Assembly (NCBI GenBank): GCA_002633005.1
Contig: NMRA01000427.1
Coordinates: 325,924-389,923, forward strand
Reading direction: 5' to 3'
Source of the DNA: Phoronis australis
Taxonomy: Eukaryota; Animalia; Phoronida
DNA: 64,000 nt
Each line of letters opens with the position of its first letter. The first letter of the stretch is position 1. The notes below the pieces were generated by a model. The model searched no databases and was not told the origin of the DNA. It saw only the letters and a program-made list of their open reading frames with translations. The translations under genes were made by a program, and so were the position numbers. This document shows, in pieces, positions 38,382 through 51,300 of this stretch.

Positions 38382-40879
38382 TTCCTGCGTTCTTAGAAGA
38401 ACGAGCACAGATATTTGGTACACTTATCATGGTGTGTTTTTGTAGTCAAAATATCAATGTCAATGATGTAATTGTTAAATTACACGCAATCACAGTCTGA
38501 AAATTTTTTACACTAATTATAGAAGGACTATAAACTGTTAAATTGTATGTTTATATTTGTGACAAAATGTTGACAAGTGGATCATGGTGAGAGCAGTAGA
38601 GCCGACAGAATCTCTTGAAAATTGTGATTTTTTGATTGGTGAGGTTGTTTGTGGCCTGTAAGGAAACTCACCCAGTGACTGTGAAGTAAATCATAACAAT
38701 GACTTCCTCATTGAAAATGATATAATTTGTTTCACGCAACATACTATGTGTGCATTTCTTTACAGGCTACAAAATATACTACCCAATGCCAATACTTTAT
38801 TTAGTGCATAATTTAGTCTTTTTCCAACCTCATTTAATTGAAAAAAGCTTATTTCAAATGAGAAAGTGTTTGATATACTCTACATACTTATCAGCGTGGA
38901 GAGTTGGAACCACCCGGTTCCCCGAACTTGGCCCCATCTGTTGAAAACGTTTGGCTACGTCAGTGCTCGCCGAAAATATGTCGTTAAAGTCTATGTTGAA
39001 CGGAAACACCTGTAAATTTGGTTCCCACAGTATGTTCAGGGCATCGCTCTTGTCCCACCAGTACCACACATTGCAATGAAATGTTAGGCTTATGGACTAG
39101 TTTTTGTCTGCGTCACCTTTAATTCTAACAGCTGCCAACACTACCCGAACGCAATGTTGTTCTATTCAGACCCCTATTTGTTTGTGCTGGGATCTCGCGG
39201 AGACGCAATATTGCAAAAACGGGCAACTTCACTTATCATTTGACGGGTCTGAATTAAAGCGATAGTAAACTCACATTTTCCAACTTTAAAAAAGCTTTGC
39301 TAGGACTATCTGGTTAGAAAAATGCATCTAAAATAATGAAATGCCGCTGAAGTTAGGCTTTAAGACCGGCCACCACCTGTAGCAGATGGCGAAAACCAAT
39401 ATTATTTATTGTCATTTCACCCGTATTGGCACTTTCGCAACACGTGTCAGCCGATATCCAACGAGAATATTTATATGCGTATCCGTCATCTTTGTATAAT
39501 AGGCTGTATTCGACAGCTGGTTCGTCAAGTGATTAGAAATTATTATTTATAGTATAGTTTCGCCATTTTCAGTGATTCTGTGTAAATTTAATAGGACTAT
39601 ATACTCTGTCTTACAAACGTGAAGTCCTACTACAGGTGGTATAAATTCGCCTTGTTTGAATACCATTCATGCAATCTACTGCTTCGATTCATTGCTGGCG
39701 ACTGCTACACAAAGTGCGGTAAGAAATCCTGTTTTTGACAGACGGGGAGGGTTTAAAACAGTTGTAATGACAGACGGGGAGGGTTCAAAGCTGTTGTAAG
39801 TGTACAAGCGGCCTATAAGACGTGACAAATTCGTTCTCAGAACGTCGATGCGAGGTCCTCCTAAAAACAAATACCACGTATGCGATACTGACTTCGTGGT
39901 TCATGATTTCGTGACAATTTAAGTCCTTTAAAGTGCTCATGCAAAAGACGGCGTAGACTTCCGGGTACGGCTATAGAAGGAGTACCTATACGAGAAGGGT
40001 CACGATAAGGTTTCACGACCAGTTTCAGGCAAAATTCACTACAAAAGTGTCCGCTGCCTTTTCCAACAAAATTACCTCCAAACGGGATCCGTCACTTTGG
40101 AAATTTGAAAGTCTCTAGAGGGCACCTTTTCTAATTACACAAATCTGCACAAGCTTTTTCAATGTCATGACTTATGTTGTTTTATGGTCGTCTCATGTTT
40201 GATAACATGCCATCTCTTCTCGTACAGTTCCGGACTGTGTTCCAAGTTCTGTGTCCACAAACCCCTACGAACACGTTTGGATTATGGAACACCTACAAAG
40301 GGAAGTCTTTTGGACGTAATCCCCGTAAAGGTGTTTTTAAATAAGCCCATTACACATATGTCCTACTTGTGGCTGCACCCACTCCAACGAAAGACATAGT
40401 CGAGTACCCCCAGACGTAGAATCTGGCATCGTTCCCTTTTAAACGTACTTCAAGGCAGTATATTTAAAGTACAGCGATTCCGTTTGTAGTATGGTATTAC
40501 TCAAGTTTGTCGCGGCGTGGACCCACAGGTGCTCGACGTTCTCGAACTCGTCCCGTCCATGGGGATTATGCCCATGCGCATAATGACGGGTTCCTGTTAC
40601 CTGATTCTATTCCCAATCATGTTATAGGACCTGTCACACGAAACTCGATCTCAAAACCTCTTATTCCGTCTTATGATCTGAAAGGGCTGGCGATGTGCGG
40701 AAATAGCCAGCTACCAAATTTGACCAAAAACACCCTTCGGATACAGCACCTTTCAAGTAGTTCATTTCCAGATCCCACAACACGTTAGTCGGCTCTCTGA
40801 TTTTATCCAGCTGTCGAGATCGTATATGCCTATTGAGAACAACCTTGGTGTAACATAGCCCTTTACTTCAAGCTATGTA

Positions 40880-40881
40880 TG

Positions 40882-40921
<40 letters not shown>

Positions 40922-40925
40922 NGTG
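40880..40925. repeat. (TG)n microsatellite containing an N at 40922
   Basis: TG run seen directly. Confidence 0.95.
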
Positions 40926-41492
40926 ACAGACAGGAGTGTTAAAAAGCTCCCACTTTTCTGTGCACGCGGACCTGACTCTCAAATTCCATAGCACCGGGAA
41001 AGCTGGACAACTGGGGAAAATGGGTACTAAGATAATACTTCACGATCAAATTTTAACACGAGCACGCCATACGACAAGGTGTTTGTAAGAGAAAAGTACT
41101 CTGCTAAGACGATACCTGGGAGCCACTGAGGTGTAAATTTTCGACCGTACAAGCATGTACGCGTTGTCTGGGGCAAGGGGCAAAATATAGGCAGTAACGG
41201 GTTTCAACTGGCTTTGAGTCTGTCATTCTATCATGCTCTATCAAATTTCTGAAAACGCAGAACCATTTTGTTTGTTGTGCTATGTTCGTAGCTAAGGGCC
41301 ACCCAAGCCAGAAACACGGAGATAAGGCTACGAGGTACACCTCGCCTCGTAGCATTCAGGAATTGCCAACTCGCGAATCCTTCTAGTCTGGCAGTAGTAC
41401 TCACACAAAATACACATATTCTGTGGCAGCCTTCATCCCTTCTTGTAGCTTACTGAGACTATCATTTATCTATTTCAGGCTTAGAGGATATA

Positions 41493-44400
41493 ATGTTTGT
41501 TTCCCGAAAGCAGAAGCTGTGGTGTTTGTTGATTACCGTTGCCTGTCTATGTGGAGTTTACATATTTTGTTACCTCTCATTAAAACCATATATATTCCCA
41601 AAGCTTTTGCGTAACATGAATAACACCATCGCGGAACATACGCCTAGGACGGCTTCTCGTTATGAAGCCTTGATCCATCTTGACTTGAAAGGAGCTCCTC
41701 CAAAATTGAGTTATTTCAAGGAAGTGTTCCCTTTATTCAGACAATGGGGTGCCACAGGATTGCTTGTCGAGTATGAGGATATGTTCCCGTACTCTGGAAA
41801 TCTGAGTGTTCTTCCGCGAAATTATTCATATACGAAGCAGGATATTCAAGATATTCAGGCCCTTGCCAAAACTAACCAATTAGACTTCATCCCGCTTATA
41901 CAGACATTCGGTCACATGGAATTCGTTCTAAAACACGACAAGTTTGCTCATTTACGAGAGGTTCGGGAAAGTGCCTTTTGCATTTCTGCAGGACCATGCG
42001 TTGTCGAATCGTACACTGTTATAAAGGAAATGATAACTCAACTGATGGCTGCTCATCCGAAAGTGACGCACTTGCACATCGGAAGTGACGAAGTTGTGCA
42101 ACTTGGAAAAGGGCAAGCTTGTGTTGACTTAATGCGCAAGACAGGAACTACACGTGAAAAGTTGTTTCTTCAACATGTTACTCACATTGCAGGTAAGCCT
42201 GAACAACAAAAAATAAAGAGGAATGAAACGTGAAAGCTCTTTTAAACAATTTCTGTCGAATATACCATCTCGCAACGTCTAGTACAGCATAATTCACTTT
42301 GCTATGTGAGGAAATATCCAGAAAAAATCACAAAACTCCCTCCCACTTATGATAAATGCGCGCATACGCTCTCAGTCAGTTGCATGAAGTCTCTTAAGGT
42401 CAAAGGTCACATTTTCCATATAAAGGAAATGTGCTACGTCTATATCTTGCCACACCAAATAAGGAGACTCCTTGTGGGAGAAAAATCGACGAAGTAGCGA
42501 GCAGTTGACAGATCATTTTTTTAATTTGAAACTAAAAGAAAGTGCTTTGATATCAATAGAAATGAAACAAACCCTAACAATACCTGGTGAGCGAGATAAA
42601 TTTTGTTTCAGTGGCAGAGAACCACATTCAATGTTGCAATTCAGTCTATTTATCGCGTTCTAGGCCTCTTTAACCTTGCGAACACGTTAAAAGTTTGTCA
42701 ATGACTCTCATTTCTTATACTGAATATTTTCGGTGAAAATTGATAATTTTTCCCGTCCTTTCACATAACTCTAAGGATGGTCCCATTTTTAGATTCCCGA
42801 ACAAAAATCTGGAAACTCCGATAAGTGTTCACGTTTTTTTTTGCAAACACGTCATCGAAGCCCTTACATGTATTGTTTACGTTCCATAGGTTCAGAAATT
42901 ATTCCATTTGTTGCAGTGCCAGGAGACATCACTGATATACGTACACTTCCTAAACTACCCGTTTATCTTTTGGCAAGTTTACGCTCCGTTGACAAAAGGT
43001 TAAGCGGCATGTTTTGAACGTAAAACTTATTGTCTTGATACTCTGTTAGGTTTTGTAAAGAAGACATTCCCAGGAGTAACTCCCATCATCTGGGATGACA
43101 TGCTTCGAGCAACTAATGACAGCATCTTGCAAGTGAGTGTTTTTTTTTTGTTTCTGAAGCAAACAGAAATGTGGTAAACTAACCTGCTAACAGCTTTTCC
43201 GATCCTTGATTGAATTAAAGTATAATAATTGCCTTATGCAACAACATTCAGAACTAAAAATTGTCAACTCGTCAGTCAGTTCGCAAAAACTGATATCTCT
43301 ATATCACCCAAAATGTGGTGTTTGAGGTGCACACGGAACGCACAAGAACCTAGGTCAAAGTGAGATAACTCCAGCTTAGATCCCTACCCGGCACCATTTC
43401 TGTCTTTATTTCTCTCTGCCTCAGGTTGAAATTGCGCTCTTCGACCCTCCCCCAACTAAGGCCGTCTCAAGTAAAAACGAGTTGAATAGAAGAGTAAATT
43501 TAGTCTATTATAGTATAAGTAGAAGGGGATTTATCTTCGGGATAATTTATTGCATAGATGTCCTCTTAAAGATTTTAGGAAAGATAGGAGCTTGTAACGT
43601 ACAGTTTTCGCCCGAAATAAATTGTGTTTCATGATGCATACTCGCGTTTATATTCAGAAAGTTCGGTGGAGGCTCATGTCTTGGTTTTAGTTATGTCTTG
43701 GAAATCAGATTGGGTGACCAACACAGAAGGATAATTAGATCTACCGAACCTTCGGTGAGACAATAAAGACTGGACGCGGGTCCAGCGGGTGGCCTTAATG
43801 TTCAAACCTGCACATTTTTTACGGAAATTTACATTTCATTTGTTTGCTTTCAAAATGTGTGTTGGCCTTTTGACGTCCCAAACGTATCGATGGTTAATTC
43901 GAGGAACAGCTACGGTGGCTCAATGTGTCGGATATGTGTTTCCAAATGTCCGTGTTCTTTGCCCGTATTTAATGACTTCAGAAAAGGCAAAAGACGTGTT
44001 ACAGACTCACTCGGACTACCTTAGGCAGGTAGTTTGATCGATTCAAATTTCCTCTCGCAAAAGTCTCGTAATAGGATACCAAACACGGTTTTGACCTATT
44101 TACAGATACTAAAAACGACTTCCCCAACCAGTTTCCTGAAACAAAATCACACTCTGTAACCCTTCAAAAGTTTGGAGGAAATTTTGACTCCTTTTTTAAA
44201 GTCTAAATGGGAACACGTAACCTACGTCTTTTGCGAATTACACGGCAACTGTGGGGAAAGAGCGCCAACCAAGAACCATAATATTGATTCTGTAACATAG
44301 AGAGCATAATTTTTAAGTTGATTCCAGTTGTATCTTTCAAGATTGACGCCAGTGATTCATTAGCAGGTGACAAAACGAGGATTGATTGAAATCATCTGAA

Positions 44401-45369
44401 CAGGGTTTAGTATCCTTTTGAGTGCTCAAGTCATAGACAGATCTAGGGGGCCCAGGGTATCAGCTATCAGTGCAGTGACTTGGTCGAGACTCTCAACCAA
44501 CCATAGCTGAAAATGTGGACACGCTACGACGCACCTTCGAGGTTTTCCGAGTGGGTACCGTCGCAAGAAAATTCAGTGATATATGAAATGACCTACGAAT
44601 TGGGCCAAAGGGGGACGGTCAGCCAGGGCAACTTATAGTACTGTATGATAGTCGTATGACGTAGATTTATGTAAGTTGATTCTTCTTATAGGCGTACAAT
44701 GTTGGTGGTCTTATAGAACCGATGGTGTGGAGATACGAGCAAGATGTGGAAAAGAGAATGCATCACGCATTTTGGACTAAGTATGGACAACTTTTCAAGA
44801 AAGTTTGGGTAGCGTCGGCATTCAAAGGTGCAACCTCGGTGCAAGCACTTGTTCCCAATATCCAGAAATACGTGAACAACAATTTTCAGTGGCGCAACAC
44901 AATAGAACGAGAAAAGCGCGTAGTGAACATCAGGGGAATAGCGCTCACTGGGTGGTCTAGATACGAACATTTCCTCGGGATGTGTGAACTACTTCCCGTG
45001 TCGCTGCCGTCTGTTGCATGTTGCTTGCAAACGTTCGTTAATGGTGGAATGTCTAAAGAAGCGGCAATAGACATGTCTCAGAAACTTGGGTGTCAAAACG
45101 AGCCCATAACTGACACACGGCCGAAAACGTTTACGCTAGAAACGTTACATAACTGTTCATTCCCCGGATTTGATTTATACAATGCCGTTCACCGCGTGCA
45201 CAGGTTGACTCATGCCAGACGTCAGTCATCAGCGACACCTGTCCAGCAAATCAAAGAAAAAATCCAAGCTCTCAAAACCAGCCTTCGAATTACTTTAGCG
45301 AAGTATTATTATCCTGATACGGTTGACGAGTGGATCAACCAAAACTTCATGAATGGTCCCTACACTTAG
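41493..45369 (+). CDS. HEXD: Hexosaminidase D-like GH20 beta-N-acetylhexosaminidase, paralog 2 (486 aa); exons 41493-42192, 43050-43132, 44692-45369
   Basis: Same motif set (HLDLKGAPP, VEYEDMFPY, QTFGHMEFVLK, catalytic HIGSDEV, WDDMLR, SAFKGA, LTGWSRYEH), same intron positions and 83-nt middle exon as paralog 1; 1461 nt in frame; N-terminal hydrophobic anchor after RKQK. Confidence 0.92.
44100..44425. repeat. Interspersed repeat, inverted homolog of 33390-33727
   Basis: See the matching blocks listed for 33390-33727. Confidence 0.75.
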
Positions 45370-48300
45370 GCAAGCTTGGAACAAGAAGAGTCTTGTCAAA
45401 GTCGAATAATTTGAACAAGAGTAAATCAAGTTTGCGACAGTGAATCTAAGTTGCAGATCCAATCCACGAATTTCATTCTATCCAGTATTATCGAGTAAAA
45501 TTAAAGGTATGTGCTAGTCGTAAAAACTCTGAAATTAAAAAATCTGTTAAGAAAAGTGTTTTAAAACACTTTAAAAAATCTTTTTAAGGTGTAACTTGAT
45601 GTTTGATTTTTTATACCTTCGTTCTACAAACCATGACGAAAAAGTGTCGTAGGTTGTTTAGAATGATGTAATATACTTTTACATTTCTATCTGACCGCAT
45701 TCCCAGTTTGGCACTGGGCTTTTCCTTTGCGAGCCTGTTTTCAGTTCTCGTGCCGTCATGCAGTTGAATGCTTAATTCAAGTCGCCCTGGTGGTGAATAC
45801 GATTTTTCCACGGAGTTAGGAGGGACTCAAGCCTATTTTCAATAAGAAGCAACTTGAGACCGATTACATTCCGACAAGATCGAAAGATGGCGGGTTTATG
45901 ATCATTTTTATCAAAACACGTATTGTTACCTAGAGCAGAAAGTTAATGTGCTATACAAATATTTTGTCTCATCAAGCTTTGTTTTTGCACTAGCTGATGA
46001 AGGATGGCGTAATTGGGCAACCACGATGTTCGAAAGAAAAAATTTCCGATGTCCTTGAAGCGCCATACCGACGTCGTTGTTTTGGTTGTGTCTGTGGGGA
46101 TGGCCGTCATCTCCTCAATCCGCCTATGTTTTGTGAGATACTTGTCGACACTGGTTGTTTTAGGAAGACCCTTTAAATCATGGAAAATTGAATGGTAGGC
46201 CCAAAAGTTAGTTCCCGTTCTAATCAGAATTTTGATGCGAAAGCACCCACGAGTGTTCTGGGAATGTAATTTCATGCGCAGTAGCGGCAAAATTGTAACT
46301 TTTGCGAAGTAAATGAATCACGAATGACAGTTATGAGATATATGAATTATGTCAATTTGAAATGCTGAAACTAAATGTGTAATGTTGAATAAAAGGTTGA
46401 TAATTTTCATAGATCTTGTTGGAAAAGATTCTATTTTGGTTCCGAACTATTTTTACTCGATTTGTCTTGAAAGGACCGTTCCCCCAAAACACAAATATGC
46501 GTGTAAGCGTATGTTATGAAAGATGAGCAGGTTATACTTACAACGTATTTGATGAGATTTGTGTGAAGGCGGATAGCAAACGCAACATTTTCTAGCGGAC
46601 TGGCATCAGCGAACATATCTAACGCCAATCTGTAATATAATCATCAACCTGTTGAAATTCCAACTCTTTAGACAAGCGATTCTACAGGTTGGATATCGTA
46701 AGGGTGGCGAACTCAATTTTAAGGAAAACGTCCATGTAAGCCTAAAAACAGCGTAGATACGGTGCTTTTTGTTGGAGGCTGTTAGGCCTCCTTAGTCAGC
46801 CTATGCGTTGTACCAAATATCACACGTTTTGTGTATGTTTGATAACAGCGCAGTGTCCTGTCAACATGCTAGAAATTCAGTTTAGAGAACAGTCTACATG
46901 TAACTCATGGATGTTTACATGTATAGATAGATTCAGTAAAGTTTAATTACGTAATATGAGAGGTGGCGTGTAATAGTCATTGGCTTACTAAGAGGTGACG
47001 AAGAAAAAATAACATTTCCGATCTCGATTTAAAACGGTTCGCTGTCGAACTTTTTAACGGATTCACGAAAAGACGATTTTCACGAGTTGGCACTTCTTGG
47101 TGAGAGCTAACCTCGTTCTGATCTCTAGCACGCTGCCGGCTTCGTGTAGGCCAAAAATAGTCCTCAGTAAGGGTTTCTTCGCTTTCGCTTTTAGAAATCC
47201 TGCAGAGAATTACATATAAAACGACCATTTTGTCATTATTCTGTATATCATGCATAGTTCTAAAAATCCTATAAGCGGTATCACACATAGACAAGGGAAC
47301 AAAGGTTTGCATCAGTGCAACGCGTTTGCTAAGCACTGATACCAGCGCGGCACGCAATAACAAGTCGCGTCACATCTTACCGCGCTTTGGCTAGTTATGA
47401 TATTCTCGATGATGTTTTGTGCGACCAATGCAACAGCTTGTGGAAGTTAGAAATAATCATTGCTAATTAGTTTTGATTATTTGATAAATGCAAAGTTTTG
47501 CTCAGTTGCCAGTAATTTGATGGTTGTCATTGGCGCTTAATCCCGGTAATATTGCATTAAACCTGCTGAAATGATCGATTGCCATGCCATGTGCTTACTT
47601 AATAGTTGTTTGCTTACAACCATGACAGCACATTTGCGTACTATCACCTGAGCGAAGGTAAAATTTGCTTGAAAAAAACTACGGCCGAGGTCCCTACATT
47701 GCGCCGGAGAAAATGTACGACTTACACGTTGAATTAGAGATTGGCGTCTTTAACGAATTATTACGACCATAATCACAAAACAATTTCTGATGGAATCAAA
47801 AAGGTTAGGTGCCGTATTTACTGTAACTCCGTATTCTGAAGATTTGGCGGAGATCCGTGACTTGTATTTCCAGTTATTCATTGGAAACCTCTTTGGCTGT
47901 TGAAGAATTCAAACATTTATCGATTGGTTAGAGAATTGTCATGAACCCTTGCACGCATCGAAGCCAGCGGCCGCACCGATACAATACCATAAAGGGCAAA
48001 TTACTCTCCGAAGACAGCCTAAGAGAGCGGCAAAATATGTGGCTGAGTTGACGGCACTTTTAGAAAAACCCTTTTCCTGAGTTTTACAGTTCCGGCGTCT
48101 CAGTTGATGTCAACGTAAAAAACTATGACACACAAACAGTCTCGCGACCAAATTTGTGACCTCTACACAAAGTATCCTTACGAACAGTAGTAAACACCAG
48201 GCGAAACACTTCTAGAAGGCAAAACTTAAATGGCCGCTAAAACACTTGCATGTATTGAAGCTCAAAATACACAGATATACACTTCAACATGTGAACATTC

Positions 48301-48386
48301 TGAAAATGCTTCACGGCACAACTAGTGTAATAAGACCAAGTACTGTATATAAAACAGGTGCTTGGAGTAAAGTCCCCTATAAACTT

Positions 48387-51300
48387 TCATTCTTCTGGTG
48401 AGGGAGCGCAACACAAAAGGCGTCGCCACCAGGATAGTCTCTTCTCACCGTTTGTTCGCGATAGAAATTCAATGTTATCCTTACGACTTTTCTTTTGTTT
48501 CAGAAGTCCGCTATCGTCATTAACACACTCTTTTCTCATGTTAGCGCTTTCAGTATTGACAGAGGTGCAGTGGCCCACATGGCAACCTCTTTCACCATTG
48601 AGATCAGCAACACGTCCTTCGTTACCACACGAAACATTGATAATGTCTCCGACGATTCCATTAGTAACTTTAGTTATATGTCCGTGATTGTCATCTGCGC
48701 CACGAGCTTCCCACTCTATATTTGCAAAAGAGCTTTCGGGGTTGGTTTCAACAATTGTATCATGCCCTAGGTCACCATTTCCAAACGGAGTATCATATTC
48801 CGGATCATCAATTGCACACAGAGTATCGTGGTCAGGATCACCATTTCCATACGAAGTATCATGTCCTGGATCACCATTTCCATACCGAGTGTCATGGTCA
48901 GGATCACCATTTCCATATGCAGTATTATGTTTAGGATCCCCATTTCTATATTTAGAATCATGCTCAGGATCACGGTTTTCATACAGAGTATCGTGGCTAG
49001 GATTACTATTCCCATTCGGAGTATCCTTTCCTGGATCACCATTTTCATACGCAGTATCAGGATCAGGGATACTATTTCCATACGGAGTATCATGTCCTGG
49101 ATCACTATTTTCATACGCGGTATCAGGATCAGGGATACTATTTCCATACGGAGTATCATGCTCAGGATTACCATTTCCGTACGCAGTATCATATTCTGTA
49201 TCACCTTCTCCATACCGGGTATCATGCTCTGGCTCACCATTTTCATACGCATTATCATGCTCAGGCATATCATTTCCATAGTCTGGATCATCATTTTCAT
49301 ACGCAGTATGATACTCAGGATTACCATTTCCATAAGCAGTACCATATTCTGCATCATCCTTTCCATACGGAGTATCATTCTTTGGTTCACCATTTTCATA
49401 CACACAATCAAACTCAGGGACACCAATTCCATGCAGAGTATCATAATCTGGATCACCGTTTTCATTTGGAGTATCGTGGTTAGGATCACCATTTCCATAA
49501 GCAGTATGATGACCTGGATTACATTTTCCATATGGAATATCATGCACTGGATCATCATTTCCATGTGGGCAATTATACCCTACATCCCCATTGTCATACG
49601 GAATCTCACGCATTGGACCACCATTTTCATAAGGACTATCATGCGATGCATCACCATCTTCATACGGACAATCACGCCTTGGATCAATATTTCCATTCGG
49701 AGCATCCTTTCCTGGATCACCATTTTCATACGCATTGTCATGCTCAGTGACACCATCTTCATACGGGGTATCATTTCTTGGATTCCCATTTAAATAAGGA
49801 GTACCATTTCCATACTGAGTATCATACCTTGGTTTTCCATTTCCATACAGATAATTTTGCTGAGAATAGACGTTCTCATACGGTGCATCGTGGTTAGGAT
49901 CACCAATTCGATAAGGAGTATCGTAGTTAGGATTACCATTTCCATACGGAGTATCCTTCCTTGGATCACCATTTTCATAAGCAGTGTCATGCTCAGAATC
50001 ATCCTTTTCATAAGGAGTATTTGGTCCTGGACCACCATTTCCATACGCAGTATCATAATCTGAATCAAATTGTCCATACAGAGTATCGTGCCCTGGATCA
50101 CCCATTTCACATGCAGTATCATCGTCAGGTTTACCATTTCCATACGGAATATCCTGCCCTGGATCACTATCCTCATACGGAGTACCATGCCATGGATCAC
50201 CATTTCCATACGGAGAATCCATCTCTAGATCACAATTTTCGTAAGCAGTATGCTCAGGGACACCATTTCCATACGGAGTATCTGTCCCAGAATCAGCATT
50301 TTCATGCAGAGTTTCAGGTTCATGATCAAGGTTTTCATACGGAGTATCGTAGTTAGGATCATCATTTCGATACGGGGTATCATGTCCTAGACCATTTTCA
50401 TTCGGAGTATTAGACTTAGGATCACCATTTTCATACGTGGCATCTTGCTTATGATCATCATTTTCACATGGGGCTTCATATATAGAATCTTGTTTATCAT
50501 GTGAAGCGTCGGACCCATGATCGCTTTCTTCATATATAATATCAGGTCTGGGATCACCCTCGTCAGATGGAGTGTCAGGCTTCTTTTCGCCATTTTCATC
50601 ATGAGCATTATTTCCGTTTCCGTCATTTACTTTAAGAACACCCTGTCCATGTCTTTCGTTGCCACCTGCGTTATTTACCACTCGTCCAGCATCGCCATTT
50701 ATAGTATAATGCACGTACTTGTCCCTTCCATTGGTATTATCAGAAACATATCCGTTCGTGCCCTCAGTGGATTCAAGTACGCAGCCGTCTTCGTGAGCAG
50801 TCACCTCAGCAACGTGGCCTAGTCCTTGATCTGCAATAATACCGTCTATTTCCTCTTTACATTTTCCCTGCAGTTGCATCGCGCCAACCTTATTGACAAT
50901 TTCACTATTTTCAATTAAGTCGTTCCTCTGACGCAATTTGCTATCAACTGTAGTAGCAGAAGGAAGACATGGTTGGAGCTTTGTTTCTGAATTTATGGTT
51001 GCAGCTTCTGTAGATTCGTGATGCTCTTGTGGTATTTCTGGCATGTCGTCGAGAATGTCTTCAATATATTCATAATGAACAGTTATGGTCTGTCCGTTTT
51101 CATCTACTTTAGTCAAAGTGATGCTTGAATCTACGTATTCCTCATTAAAGTCATCATCATCAAAATCTCTCAGCACAATGGAAATTATTGCTGCTGTGAT
51201 GTCCAAGAGGTCCTCTGTGATTGATACTACACGCCTCTTGATAAGATTCATAAACGCTGATATATACGCTAATAGAAAGATCGTCAAGTCTGCTAATATC

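Noticed and set aside
48755-50440. Regular ~33-bp periodicity resembling a CRISPR array
   Set aside because: Units are contiguous with no unique spacers, the array is protein-coding, there are no cas genes, and the DNA is eukaryotic.
48688-50626. Many overlapping ORFs in other frames and strands (Met/Ile-rich, Ser/Pro-rich, His-rich)
   Set aside because: By-products of the 33-bp periodicity; they are fragmented and confined to the array, while only the 1009-aa frame extends through both unique flanks.
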